Origin: Gammaproteobacteria bacterium
GTDB lineage: Bacteria; Pseudomonadota; Gammaproteobacteria; Ga0077536
Direction: 5' to 3'
Assembly: GCA_016874535.1 (NCBI GenBank)
Contig: VGUA01000002.1
Coordinates: forward strand, 18,476 to 82,475
Length of the DNA stretch: 64,000 nucleotides
Part shown: positions 9,367 to 18,756 of the stretch, in pieces
Position numbering within the stretch: position 1 is the first letter of the stretch
How the letters are laid out: each line of letters begins with the position of its first letter
Position numbers and translations under genes: made by a program
Notes under the pieces: model-generated
Seen by the model: only the letters and a program-made list of their open reading frames with translations
What the model was told of the DNA's origin: nothing
Databases searched by the model: none

Positions 9367-9849
9367 TCAGTCGCGGAAATTCGTGAACTGCAGGGGGAGT
9401 CCCAGCTCGCCCGCCCGCAGCGCGGCGATGACTTCCTGCAGATCGTCTTTCTTCTTGCCGGTCACGCGCACCTGCTCGTCCTGGATCTGGGCCTGGACCT
9501 TGAGCCCCTTGTCCTTGATGAATTTCACCACCTTCTTGCCGGAATCCTTGTCGATCCCGTGCTTGGCCGTGAGGGTCTGGCGGGCTTCGTTGAGTGCAAT
9601 CGAGAGCGCGCCGTCCTCCAGGCAGGTGGGGTCTATGCCGCGCTTGGCGATCTTGAGGCGCAGGATTTCCATCACCTGTTTCACCTGGAATTCGTTCTGG
9701 GCGCGAATGGTCATCACATGCTCGGCTTGCTCGACCTTGGTGCCCGTGCCTTTGAAATCAAAGCGGTTGGCGCTTTCGCGGTTGGCCTGATCGACCGCGT
9801 TGGTGAGTTCGTGCAGGTCCACTTCGGACACGATATCGAAGGAAGGCAT
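9367..9849 (-). CDS. yajQ: YajQ-family nucleotide-binding protein
   Basis: 160 aa. MPSFDIVSEVDLHELTNAVDQANRE...RFDFKG is the conserved YajQ N-terminus. Confidence 0.9.
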   Translation of the reverse strand: MPSFDIVSEVDLHELTNAVDQANRESANRFDFKGTGTKVEQAEHVMTIRAQNEFQVKQVMEILRLKIAKRGIDPTCLEDGALSIALNEARQTLTAKHGIDKDSGKKVVKFIKDKGLKVQAQIQDEQVRVTGKKKDDLQEVIAALRAGELGLPLQFTNFRD

Positions 9850-9913
9850 GGGAGTTTCTCCGGATTTCCGAGCGCAGCCATTCTAACCTCCGCGCTCGCC
9901 TTCCGGTTGCGTT

Positions 9914-10660
9914 ATGCTGCGTCCCTCGCGCGCCATCCGCCGACCATGGACTCTTTCTGTGATCAGACTCATCACGCTCGACCTCGACGACACCCTGTGG
10001 GACGCGGGCCCGGTGCTGGCGCGTGCGGAAGAAGTGCAGTACGCCTGGATCAGCACCCACGCACCGCGGATCGCCACACACTACAGCGTGCAGGATCTGC
10101 AGGCCTATCGCCGGGCCATGGCGCAGGCGGACCCCACCCTGCGCCACGACTTCACGGCGCTCCGGCAGGCCGCGCTTGCCCGACTGCTTGAAGAGCATGG
10201 CTACGATCCCCATCTGGCTCAGGAGGGGGTGAATACCTTCGTGCAGGCGCGCAGCGAGGTCACATTATTCCCCGAAGTGGATGAGGTTTTGCGCCAGCTT
10301 GCCAAGGCCTACCGTCTCGTTGGTCTGACCAACGGCAACACGGACCTGGTGCGGGCCGGCGTCGCACATTACTTCGAGTTTTCGCTCGCCCCGGCGGATA
10401 CCGGCACCAGCAAGCCCGATCCGAGAATGTTCGAAGCCGCCTTGCAGCGGGCTGGCGTGCCGGCCGAGGCTGCCGTGCATGTGGGCGATGAGCCCTACTA
10501 CGACATCGAAGGCGCGCATCGCGCCACGGTGGCGGCGGTCTGGGTGAACCGTACCGGCCGGGCCTGGCCGGTGGAACACCGCCCACCGCATGAGGAAATC
10601 AACAATCTGCGCCTGCTGCCGGACGCCGTTGCGCGTATCCAGCAGGCCCGTCGCCAGTGA
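9914..10660 (+). CDS. HAD-superfamily hydrolase
   Basis: DxDxT motif (ITLDLDDTLWD), the later LTNG motif, and GDEPYYDIEGA (HAD motif IV) are present. The start (ATG 9914 or downstream) is uncertain. Confidence 0.8.
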   Translation: MLRPSRAIRRPWTLSVIRLITLDLDDTLWDAGPVLARAEEVQYAWISTHAPRIATHYSVQDLQAYRRAMAQADPTLRHDFTALRQAALARLLEEHGYDPHLAQEGVNTFVQARSEVTLFPEVDEVLRQLAKAYRLVGLTNGNTDLVRAGVAHYFEFSLAPADTGTSKPDPRMFEAALQRAGVPAEAAVHVGDEPYYDIEGAHRATVAAVWVNRTGRAWPVEHRPPHEEINNLRLLPDAVARIQQARRQ

Positions 10661-10676
10661 GGCCAAACCGAGACCC

Positions 10677-13583
10677 ATGAGCACATCCCGTTTCACCCTC
10701 GAAGGCAGTCGCCGCATCGAATCCCTCGGCATCGAAGTCCAGTCCTGGCGCCACGCCGCCACTGGCGCGCGGCATTTCCATCTCGCCAGCGAGGACGACA
10801 ACAACGGCTTCATGGTGGCGTTCCCCACCATTCCCGAAGACTCGACCGGCGTGGCGCACATCCTCGAACACACCACCCTGTGCGGAAGCAAACGCTATCC
10901 CGTGCGGGACCCGTTCTTCATGATGCTCAGGCGTTCGCTGAACACTTTCATGAATGCATTCACGAGCAGCGACAGCACGGCGTATCCGTTCGCCACCCGC
11001 AATCGCAAGGATTTCGACAACCTGCTCGCGATTTATCTCGATGCGGTGTTCTTCCCCAACCTCGACCCCCTGGATTTCGCCCAGGAAGGCTGTCGCGTGG
11101 AATTTGCTTCGCCCGAAAATCCCGCGCAGGGCCTCGTCTACAAGGGCGTGGTTTACAACGAGATGAAAGGCGCAATGAGCTCGCCCGTAGCGCAGCTCTG
11201 GCAGCACCTGCAATCGGCCTTGCTGCCGGATACCGCGTATCGCTACAACAGCGGCGGCGATCCGGCGGAAATCCCGGCCCTCACACATGAGGCCCTCACG
11301 CGCTTCCACCAGCGGCACTATCATCCGAGCCAGGCGGTGTTCCTCACCTATGGCAATTTTCCGGTACTGGAGCATCAGGCGAAAATCGATGCGCTCGCGC
11401 TCGCGCATTTCACTGCGCGCGACCAGATCATCGTCAGCCAGCGCCAGGCACCGAAGACCGCGCCGCGCCGCGTGGAATGTCGCTATGCCGTGGAAAGCGC
11501 GGACGATGTGGCAGGCAGCACGCACATTGTGTGGGGCTGGCTGCTGGGAGACACCACCCATCCCCGCGGGGTACTTGAAGCACACCTGCTTGGCGGTGTG
11601 CTGCTCGACAACAGCGCATCACCGCTGCGCCACTATCTGGAAACCACGCCGCTTGCCAAGGCGCCATCGGAGCTTTGCGGGCTGGATGATTCATCACGCC
11701 AGCTGGCTTTCGCCTGTGGAGTGGAGGGTTCGGAAGCCGAACATGCCGCGACCCTGGAGCGCGATATCCTCGCGCTGCTCGAAGGGCTCGCGAGGGATGG
11801 AGTGCCACTGACCCAAATCGAGGCGGCCCTCGATCGTCTGGAGATGGCCCAGCGCGACATCAGTGGGGATCACTACCCCTACGGCCTGCAGCTCATGAGT
11901 CGCATGCTGCCCGGCGCGATGTATCAGGCGGATCCCGTAGCCTTGCTCGATATCGATGCCCTGCTCTTGGCGCTGCGTGCGGATATCCGCAAGCCCGATT
12001 TTTTCACGAATCTGGTGCAGCGTCTCCTGCTCGACAATCCTCACCGCGTGTGTGTGGTGATGGCGCCCGATGTCCACAAGCGTGAGACCGAGCAGGCGGC
12101 CGAGCGCGCACGTCTGGCCGCGCTCGCGGCGACGCTTGCGCCAGCCGAAGCGGATGCGTTGAAGCAGCAGGCAGAAGCGCTGGCGGTGCGGCAAGCCCGG
12201 CGGGATGACCCGGATGTACTGCCGCGCGTGACGCTCGCGGATGTTCCTGCAGCCACCCCGCCCGTCGAGGGACAGGTGAGCGAGGTGGGCGGACGCCGGG
12301 TGCACGCCTATACCCGCGGCACCAATGGCGTGGTGCAGGCGCAGTGGATCTATTGCCTGCCCGCGCTGGAGCGCGAAGAGCTGGAAGCGCTGCCACTCTT
12401 CTCCGCGTGGCTGCTGGAGTTTGGCTGCGGTGCCGAATCCTATATGGATACGCAGGCGCGGCGCGCGCAGTTCGGCAACTTCGGGGCGAGCGTTGCCACC
12501 CGCAGCTGGCTGGAGAACCTCGATCACCACCATGGTCGGCTGGTGCTCTCGGCCAAGGGCCTGAGCCGCCACACCGGCGCGCTGGGTGACGTGCTTGGCG
12601 AAATTCTTTCGGGCGTGCGCTTTGATGAAGTGGAACGCCTGCGCGACCTGCTCGCCCAGGCCCGTGCGGATGTGGAACTCGGCATCAGCGATCGCGGCCA
12701 TCAGCTTGCGATGCATGGGGCGGCCCGCGGCCTTTCGCGCGGCGCATGGCTGGCCGACCTGTGGGACGGCCCCAGCTTCATTCAGTCCCTCCAGCGCCTC
12801 GATGATCAGGCGAATGCCGACCCGCGCGCGCTGGAGGCCGTCATGGCGCGCTTCGATGTTCTCAGGCACAAGCTGCTGCAGGCCACGCCCCAGGTGCTGC
12901 TTGTGGGCGAGAGCGAAGCCTTGACCCAGGCCATGGCTGGCTTGTCCGCCCTGCCACCAGCCACCGGGACGAAGTCAGCGGACACCTTCTCACTGCCGGC
13001 CGCGAGCGCCGCCAGCGGAACCGCCTGGTTCACCAATGCAGAAGTGAATTTCTGCGCCAAGGCGTGGGCCGCAGTGCCTGAAGGTCACGCGGATGCACCC
13101 GCACTCGCGGTGCTGGGTCGTTATCTGGGCGATGGTTTCCTGCATCCCGCAATCCGCGAAAAAGGTGGCGCCTATGGCAGCGGCGCCAGCTACGACGGTG
13201 ACGGCGGTTGCTTCTTCACCTATTCCTACCGCGACCCTCGCCTGCTCGGCACCCTCGAAGATTTCGACCGGGCCTTCGCGTGGTTTGCGAATGATCGCGA
13301 CCCCCAGCGACTGGAAGAATCGATCCTTGGCGTCATCCGCTCGCTGGACAAACCGCGCTCACCCGCAGGCGCCGCCATCGAGGCCTTCTACAGCGCCCAG
13401 AACGGCCGCACGCGCGAGTTTCGCGCGCGCTTCCGGGCCGCGGTGCTCGCCACCACGCATGACGATCTGGCACGCGTGGCCGCGCAGTATCTGGCATCGG
13501 ACAAGGCCGTCACCGGCATAGTGACGCACCGGGGTGAAGAGGCGACAATCGCCGCACTCGGCCTGCACGCCGAGGAACTCTGA
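10677..13583 (+). CDS. M16C-family (PreP/pitrilysin-like) zinc metallopeptidase
   Basis: 968 aa with the inverted zinc motif HILEH near the N-terminus and a four-domain length typical of presequence-protease-like M16C enzymes. Start is placed at ATG 10677 (MSTSRFTLEG). Confidence 0.9.
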   Translation: MSTSRFTLEGSRRIESLGIEVQSWRHAATGARHFHLASEDDNNGFMVAFPTIPEDSTGVAHILEHTTLCGSKRYPVRDPFFMMLRRSLNTFMNAFTSSDSTAYPFATRNRKDFDNLLAIYLDAVFFPNLDPLDFAQEGCRVEFASPENPAQGLVYKGVVYNEMKGAMSSPVAQLWQHLQSALLPDTAYRYNSGGDPAEIPALTHEALTRFHQRHYHPSQAVFLTYGNFPVLEHQAKIDALALAHFTARDQIIVSQRQAPKTAPRRVECRYAVESADDVAGSTHIVWGWLLGDTTHPRGVLEAHLLGGVLLDNSASPLRHYLETTPLAKAPSELCGLDDSSRQLAFACGVEGSEAEHAATLERDILALLEGLARDGVPLTQIEAALDRLEMAQRDISGDHYPYGLQLMSRMLPGAMYQADPVALLDIDALLLALRADIRKPDFFTNLVQRLLLDNPHRVCVVMAPDVHKRETEQAAERARLAALAATLAPAEADALKQQAEALAVRQARRDDPDVLPRVTLADVPAATPPVEGQVSEVGGRRVHAYTRGTNGVVQAQWIYCLPALEREELEALPLFSAWLLEFGCGAESYMDTQARRAQFGNFGASVATRSWLENLDHHHGRLVLSAKGLSRHTGALGDVLGEILSGVRFDEVERLRDLLAQARADVELGISDRGHQLAMHGAARGLSRGAWLADLWDGPSFIQSLQRLDDQANADPRALEAVMARFDVLRHKLLQATPQVLLVGESEALTQAMAGLSALPPATGTKSADTFSLPAASAASGTAWFTNAEVNFCAKAWAAVPEGHADAPALAVLGRYLGDGFLHPAIREKGGAYGSGASYDGDGGCFFTYSYRDPRLLGTLEDFDRAFAWFANDRDPQRLEESILGVIRSLDKPRSPAGAAIEAFYSAQNGRTREFRARFRAAVLATTHDDLARVAAQYLASDKAVTGIVTHRGEEATIAALGLHAEEL

Positions 13584-13617
13584 GCACACACGCGGCGCGC
13601 GGGCGGGACCACACCAC

Positions 13618-14067
13618 ATGAAACTGGATTTCGAAGAGGGCGAAGAGGGCTTTTTCGAGGCCCGCGCACTGCATCGCGCGGTCCATGACGCCCGCGCGGC
13701 AGTCACCGAGGACCTCGGTCGCCGCGCGTTCGATTTCCTCGATGAAGCAGCCTCCGAACATCTGCGCCGGGCGGAATTCGCCGAGCTGCGCGGCAAGCAT
13801 GGCATGGGCGACGAGACCTGGCCGAGCTTCTCCGTGCTGAAGCATCTGTGGCGCTCCACCTGGGGCGCAGCCCATTCGGACGAACAGCTGAGCGAGCAAC
13901 GCAGCGCGGCGCTGGCGCGCGCCGAGCGGGCTGAACACGCGGCCTTCGAGGCCACCGCGGACGCAGCACGCTTCGAACATGAGCGGGACCGCGCACTCTC
14001 CGAGGTGGCAACACTCAAGCAGGAAATCGCGCGCCTGCAGGAGGAGCTGGCCGGCCGCACGCCATGA
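13618..14067 (+). CDS. Hypothetical protein with C-terminal coiled coil
   Basis: 149-aa ORF starting MKLDFEEGEEGFFEA. Its stop overlaps the next start (ATGA). I recognised no family. Confidence 0.5.
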   Translation: MKLDFEEGEEGFFEARALHRAVHDARAAVTEDLGRRAFDFLDEAASEHLRRAEFAELRGKHGMGDETWPSFSVLKHLWRSTWGAAHSDEQLSEQRSAALARAERAEHAAFEATADAARFEHERDRALSEVATLKQEIARLQEELAGRTP

Positions 14068-15107
14068 GCGCGGAGGATGCGCTGCCCGCCGTCCTGGCGC
14101 ACTACGGTATCCCCCTGCTCAACCCGGTCCGCCTGACGGGCGGGCTCATCAACTCGACCTGGCGCCTGTCAGGCCCAGAGGGCCCCGCCTTCGTCCTGCA
14201 GCGTCTGCACCCTTCATTCCCGGGCGAAGTGAACCTGAATTTCGCCTGCGTGACGGACTACCTCGCCGCACGCGGGCATCTCGTGCCACGGCTCATCGCG
14301 ACCCGGAATGGGGCATGGTGGGTGGAGCACGATGGCGGCGTCTGGCGTCTGATGACCTTCGTCGATGGTGTCAGCCACGCGACCCTGCCGGATCTCGCCC
14401 ATGCCCGCACCGGAGGCGCCATGCTGGGCGGCTTCCACGCCGCCCTGCGGGAGTTCGAGGGCCCACTGCCCTATCAGCGCCCGGCGGTGCATGAGCCGGC
14501 GCGGCATCGCGCCTTTCTGCTGGAGACGCTCGCGCGCCGGAGCGATCATCCCCTGCACGCGACAGTCACCGCGCTCGCGGAGGCCATTCTCTCCGCGCTG
14601 GCGCAGGAAGCCGCACTCCCGGCCATGCCGCCGCGTTTCCTGCACGGCGACCCCAAGCTCTCCAATCTGCTGTTCGGGCGCGATGGCAGTCCGCGCTGTT
14701 TGGTCGATCTGGACACATTGACCTCTGCGGCACTGCCGTTCGAGCTCGGGGATGCACTGCGTTCCTGGTGCAATCGACAGGCCGAGGATGCTCCCTCGGC
14801 GGAATTTGATCTCGAGATCTTTGCCGCCGCGCTGGAAGGCTATGCCGAGGCTGCGGAAGGGCTGCTCCTGCCAGAGGAAAAGGCGGCGGTGGTCAGTGCC
14901 ACGGTGACCATCCAGCTCGAACTCGCCATGCGCTTTGCGGCCGATGCCCTGAACGAAAGCTACTTTGGCTGGGATCCGGCGCGCTTTGCCTCGCGCGGCG
15001 AGCACAATCTGCTGCGCGCCCGCAATCAGATCACGTGCGCAAGGCTGTTGAGCGCAAGGCGCACCGAGGCCGAGCAAACGGTCACGCGAATCTTCACGCA
15101 TCCCTGA
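14064..15107 (+). CDS. APH-fold phosphotransferase (aminoglycoside/homoserine-kinase-II-like family)
   Basis: Catalytic-loop LHGDPKLSNLLF and metal-binding LVDLDT motifs are present. Confidence 0.75.
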   Translation: MSAEDALPAVLAHYGIPLLNPVRLTGGLINSTWRLSGPEGPAFVLQRLHPSFPGEVNLNFACVTDYLAARGHLVPRLIATRNGAWWVEHDGGVWRLMTFVDGVSHATLPDLAHARTGGAMLGGFHAALREFEGPLPYQRPAVHEPARHRAFLLETLARRSDHPLHATVTALAEAILSALAQEAALPAMPPRFLHGDPKLSNLLFGRDGSPRCLVDLDTLTSAALPFELGDALRSWCNRQAEDAPSAEFDLEIFAAALEGYAEAAEGLLLPEEKAAVVSATVTIQLELAMRFAADALNESYFGWDPARFASRGEHNLLRARNQITCARLLSARRTEAEQTVTRIFTHP

Positions 15108-15121
15108 TACGCTCACCAGCC

Positions 15122-15910
15122 ATGATCGACGCAAGCACACCCATGCCCGCCAGCACCTGTCCGCTCTGTGCCATTGGGAAACATACAATCCTGCACCGGA
15201 TTTCCGACTGGGATATCCGCTGCTGCAAAGACTGCGGGTTTGCCTTCATCGACCCCTATCCCGCACCGGCCACGCGCCCTGATTTCTATTCCGAGTCCGC
15301 CATCGTCGAACGCAAAGAGAAGAAGCGACGCGGCCCCTTGAAGCGACTCGCGGCATTCGCCAGACACTGGCTGCGCAAACTCTCCGGCAGAACCAAAGGC
15401 ACGCTCTTTTTGCGCGAGCTCACGCGCCGCGTGCCCGAGGGCAGCACGGTGCTTGATATCGGCTGCGGAGCCGGCGCATTTCTTTCAACCGCACGCCACC
15501 GCTATCACTGCACCGGAATCGAGATCTCCGCGCACCTCGCGGAACATGCGCGGGCGCTGGACGTGGAAGTGCTGGTGGGGGATTTCTGCAGCTACCCCTT
15601 TGGCGAGAGGCGCTTTGACGTAGTCGCCATGGTCTCGCTGCTGGAACACCTGCACGATCCGCGACTGGCCTTGCGCCAGTGTCATGCCCTGCTGAATCCC
15701 GGCGGAATGCTGCTGCTGAAAACAGTCAATCATGGCGGCCTCAACCGCCGCTTGATGGGAGCACGCTGGAGCGGTTATCGACCGCCGGATCATCTGGTGT
15801 ATTTCGAGCCGGACAATCTGGCGGCAACCTTGCGCGAGCTGGGTTTCCGGGACGTGCGCATCCACGCGCCGCTCTTCAATGACAGCTTCTACTGCTACGC
15901 CATGCGATGA
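15122..15910 (+). CDS. Class I SAM-dependent methyltransferase with N-terminal zinc ribbon
   Basis: SAM motif I is VLDIGCGAGAF. The N-terminal CPLC...CKDCG forms a four-Cys ribbon. Confidence 0.8.
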   Translation: MIDASTPMPASTCPLCAIGKHTILHRISDWDIRCCKDCGFAFIDPYPAPATRPDFYSESAIVERKEKKRRGPLKRLAAFARHWLRKLSGRTKGTLFLRELTRRVPEGSTVLDIGCGAGAFLSTARHRYHCTGIEISAHLAEHARALDVEVLVGDFCSYPFGERRFDVVAMVSLLEHLHDPRLALRQCHALLNPGGMLLLKTVNHGGLNRRLMGARWSGYRPPDHLVYFEPDNLAATLRELGFRDVRIHAPLFNDSFYCYAMR

Positions 15911-16992
15911 GCGCTCGCGACCCTTCGCTACAAGGTCCCGAAGATCCCCAGCAGCCACAAGGAGCGGACACACTGGAGAGCTGGCATGAGGAATGCCAGT
16001 CTGCCTGGCTCTACCGGATCATCGCTGAGGGCGAAGCCAACCCTGCCATAGCGGGTATGTTCAGCGCGCTGGCGGAGGCTGCGGAAACGCAGGCCGCCTT
16101 GTGGGCGCGCGCGCACGGCAACTCACTGCCGGACTTCCGTCCTTCACTGCGGGCCCGCGTCGTGGCGCGGCTCATAAGGCTCATTGGCCCGCGTGCGATC
16201 AAGCCCGTGCTCGCCACTCTCAAGGTACGGGGTTTGTCCGCGCTGGACGCACATGCCGGTCTTACCCATGCAATGCCCACCCAGCTCTCGGAGGTCGGTG
16301 CCCGCCACCGGGGCATCGGGCGGGGCGGCAATCTGCGTGCCGCCGTGTTTGGCGTGAACGATGGTCTTGTCTCCAACGCCTGTCTGTTGATGGGCGTGGC
16401 GGGTGCCGGCATGGATCACGCGGCCCTGCTCGGCACCGGCTTTGCCGGACTCATGGCTGGTGCGCTGTCGATGGCTGCCGGGGAATATCTCTCCATGCGC
16501 TCGCAGCGCGAGGTCTTCGAGAGCCAGATTGCACTGGAACGCGCCGAACTCGCCACCTATCCGGATGAAGAGGTGGAAGAGCTTGCACTCATTTACCAGG
16601 CACGCGGGTTTGAACTCGACGCCGCGCGCCAGTTTGCGCGCGAACTGGTGAAGAACCCGGCCCACGCACTCGACACCCTCGCCCGCGAAGAGCTTGGCCT
16701 GAACCCGGACGACCTCGGCTCGCCCTGGGGTGCGGCAATCGCCTCCTTCGTGGCCTTCGCTGTCGGCGCACTGTTGCCACTGCTGCCCTGGCTGCTTGCG
16801 CCAGTGGCGCAGCCGGTGCTGTGGAGCGGCGGCCTCACCCTGGTGAGCCTTTTCCTCATCGGCGCAGTGCTCAGTCTCTTCACGGGACGGAACGCCCTGT
16901 GGAGCGGTCTGCGCATGGTGTTGATCGGTGCGGGAGCCGGCTTCGCAACCTGGGCCATTGGCCATCTCTTCGGAGCCGGCATGATGCCCTGA
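15907..16992 (+). CDS. VIT1/CCC1-family metal transporter with N-terminal ferritin-like (erythrin) domain, MbfA-like
   Basis: The C-terminal half has VIT1 signatures (AVFGVNDGLVSN, GEYLSM) and TM helices. The N-terminal helical domain of about 130 aa contains an ExxH motif (ESWH). The start overlaps the methyltransferase stop (ATGA). Confidence 0.8.
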   Translation: MSARDPSLQGPEDPQQPQGADTLESWHEECQSAWLYRIIAEGEANPAIAGMFSALAEAAETQAALWARAHGNSLPDFRPSLRARVVARLIRLIGPRAIKPVLATLKVRGLSALDAHAGLTHAMPTQLSEVGARHRGIGRGGNLRAAVFGVNDGLVSNACLLMGVAGAGMDHAALLGTGFAGLMAGALSMAAGEYLSMRSQREVFESQIALERAELATYPDEEVEELALIYQARGFELDAARQFARELVKNPAHALDTLAREELGLNPDDLGSPWGAAIASFVAFAVGALLPLLPWLLAPVAQPVLWSGGLTLVSLFLIGAVLSLFTGRNALWSGLRMVLIGAGAGFATWAIGHLFGAGMMP

Positions 16993-17064
16993 GCGCCCCA
17001 AACGGCGGCGCGGCCCGCTAGAATGGCGCGCTCAACCTGATAACAACACCGAGGGGAGCGTGCG

Positions 17065-17826
17065 ATGGATCTTGGACTCAAAGGCAAGGGCGTCATCATC
17101 ACCGGCGCCAGCAAGGGCATAGGTCGCGCCACCGCGCACGCCTTCGCCGCCGAGGGCGCGAATCTCGCCATCTGCGCCCGAGGTGCGGAGGCCCTGGAGA
17201 AAACCCGTGCGGAACTCGCTGCCTCGGGAGTGAAAGTGCACGCCGCCAGCTGCGATGTGGGCGATGCCGCCGCGTTGAAGGCCTTCATGGACGGTGCTCA
17301 TGCCGCCCTCGGTCGGGTGGATGTGCTCATCAACAATCCCTCCGGTTTCGGCGTGACCGACGATGAGGCCGGCTGGGCCGCCAGCGTCGCCGTGGACATG
17401 CTCGCCCCCGTGCGCGCCACCAAGCAGGTCACGCCCTGGCTCGTGGCCCAAGGTGGTGGTGCCATCATCAACATCAGTTCGATTTCCGGCATGGAGGCGA
17501 GCCTGCCCGGTGTCGCAGCCTACGCCGCAGTGAAAGCCGCGCTCATCAGCTATTCCAAGAGCATGGCGATGGAACTGGCACCGCAGGGCATTCGTGTGAA
17601 TTGCGTGGCCCCCGGCTCCATCGACTTTCCGGATGGCTTCTGGGATGGCATCCACAAGGGCAACAAGGCCTTCTATGACATGGTGGTGAGCACCATTCCG
17701 TTTGGTCGCATGGGTCGCCCGGAAGAAGTGGCAAATGCCATCGTCTTCCTCGCCTCGCAGCAAGCGAGCTGGGTGTCCGGCGTGACCCTGCCGGTGGACG
17801 GCGTGCAGCACAAGGGCAATTTCTGA
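17065..17826 (+). CDS. Short-chain dehydrogenase/reductase (SDR)
   Basis: Cofactor motif ITGASKGIG and catalytic YAAVK (YxxxK) are present. Length is 253 aa. Confidence 0.9.
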   Translation: MDLGLKGKGVIITGASKGIGRATAHAFAAEGANLAICARGAEALEKTRAELAASGVKVHAASCDVGDAAALKAFMDGAHAALGRVDVLINNPSGFGVTDDEAGWAASVAVDMLAPVRATKQVTPWLVAQGGGAIINISSISGMEASLPGVAAYAAVKAALISYSKSMAMELAPQGIRVNCVAPGSIDFPDGFWDGIHKGNKAFYDMVVSTIPFGRMGRPEEVANAIVFLASQQASWVSGVTLPVDGVQHKGNF

Positions 17827-17839
17827 GACCCATCTGCGC

Positions 17840-18466
17840 GTGACGTCATCGACCTTGCTGATCCGGGGCGGCCTCCTTGCCGGGCTGGCCGCCCCGCTGT
17901 GGTGGATATTGCTCATCTTCTTCGGGGCAAGCCTGGTTGATGGGCATTCCCTGAAAACCGATTTCATCTCCGAGCTCGCGGCGCGGGAAAGCCCGGCTGC
18001 CGGTTTCATGGTGGGCGGCGGCTTCGTCCTCACCGGTCTGCTCTATCTCTGGTTTACCGCGGCGGCCACCTGGACCCTCCGCCGTGACGTATGGGCCTGG
18101 GTCGCCGGCGCCCTGCTGGCAGCCGCGGCGCTCGCGCGCATCGCGGCCGGTGTCTATCAGTGCGATCCGGGCTGCCTGCCCGCGCCCGAATCCGCCGAAC
18201 AGTTGGCTCATCGCCAGTGGGCCGCGGCCGGCTACCTGCTGATGATGCTGTCGGCCATCGCCTGGGGCGCAACCGGCACCCGCCATGCGGGCCTCGGTCA
18301 TCTGCTCGTCTGGTGCATTGGAGCGTGCACCTGGGGTCTGGTGTGTCTGGTGCTGATGTCCGTGCATGAAGACTGGCAGGGCCTGCTGCAACGCCTGGCC
18401 GGCGTCGCCCTCAATCTGTGGGTGGTTGTCCTCGCACTCGCCCTGCTGCGCAGGCCCGCGACGTGA
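17840..18466 (+). CDS. DUF998-like integral membrane protein
   Basis: 208 aa with multiple hydrophobic helices and a GTG start. The family assignment was made by eye. Confidence 0.6.
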   Translation: MTSSTLLIRGGLLAGLAAPLWWILLIFFGASLVDGHSLKTDFISELAARESPAAGFMVGGGFVLTGLLYLWFTAAATWTLRRDVWAWVAGALLAAAALARIAAGVYQCDPGCLPAPESAEQLAHRQWAAAGYLLMMLSAIAWGATGTRHAGLGHLLVWCIGACTWGLVCLVLMSVHEDWQGLLQRLAGVALNLWVVVLALALLRRPAT

Positions 18467-18750
18467 ACAATCCCCTGTGCCGGAGTTGCCCGACCTGCGG
18501 CGCCAAGACCATCAACGTGTTGCGACTCATGTTCTGGCGGGTGCGCTGTGCACGCTGCCAGGCGGCGGTCGGCACACACCCGGCCTGGCGCATGCCCATC
18601 CTGTCTGTCGAGATGGTGGTCTGGCTGCTGGCGATGAATGCTCTCTACCGGGACTACGGCCGCAACGGGCTGATTGCCTCGCTGGTCGTGTGGGCGCTGG
18701 TGGATTTCCTCGCCGACTGCCTCGTGCCGCTGGTTGCCCGCAAGCGCTGA
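18463..18750 (+). CDS. Small zinc-ribbon membrane protein (about 95 aa)
   Basis: The GTG start overlaps the DUF998 stop (GTGA). CRSCPTCG...CARC forms a four-Cys ribbon and is followed by two hydrophobic helices. Confidence 0.45.
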   Translation: MNNPLCRSCPTCGAKTINVLRLMFWRVRCARCQAAVGTHPAWRMPILSVEMVVWLLAMNALYRDYGRNGLIASLVVWALVDFLADCLVPLVARKR

Positions 18751-18756
18751 CGCCCG

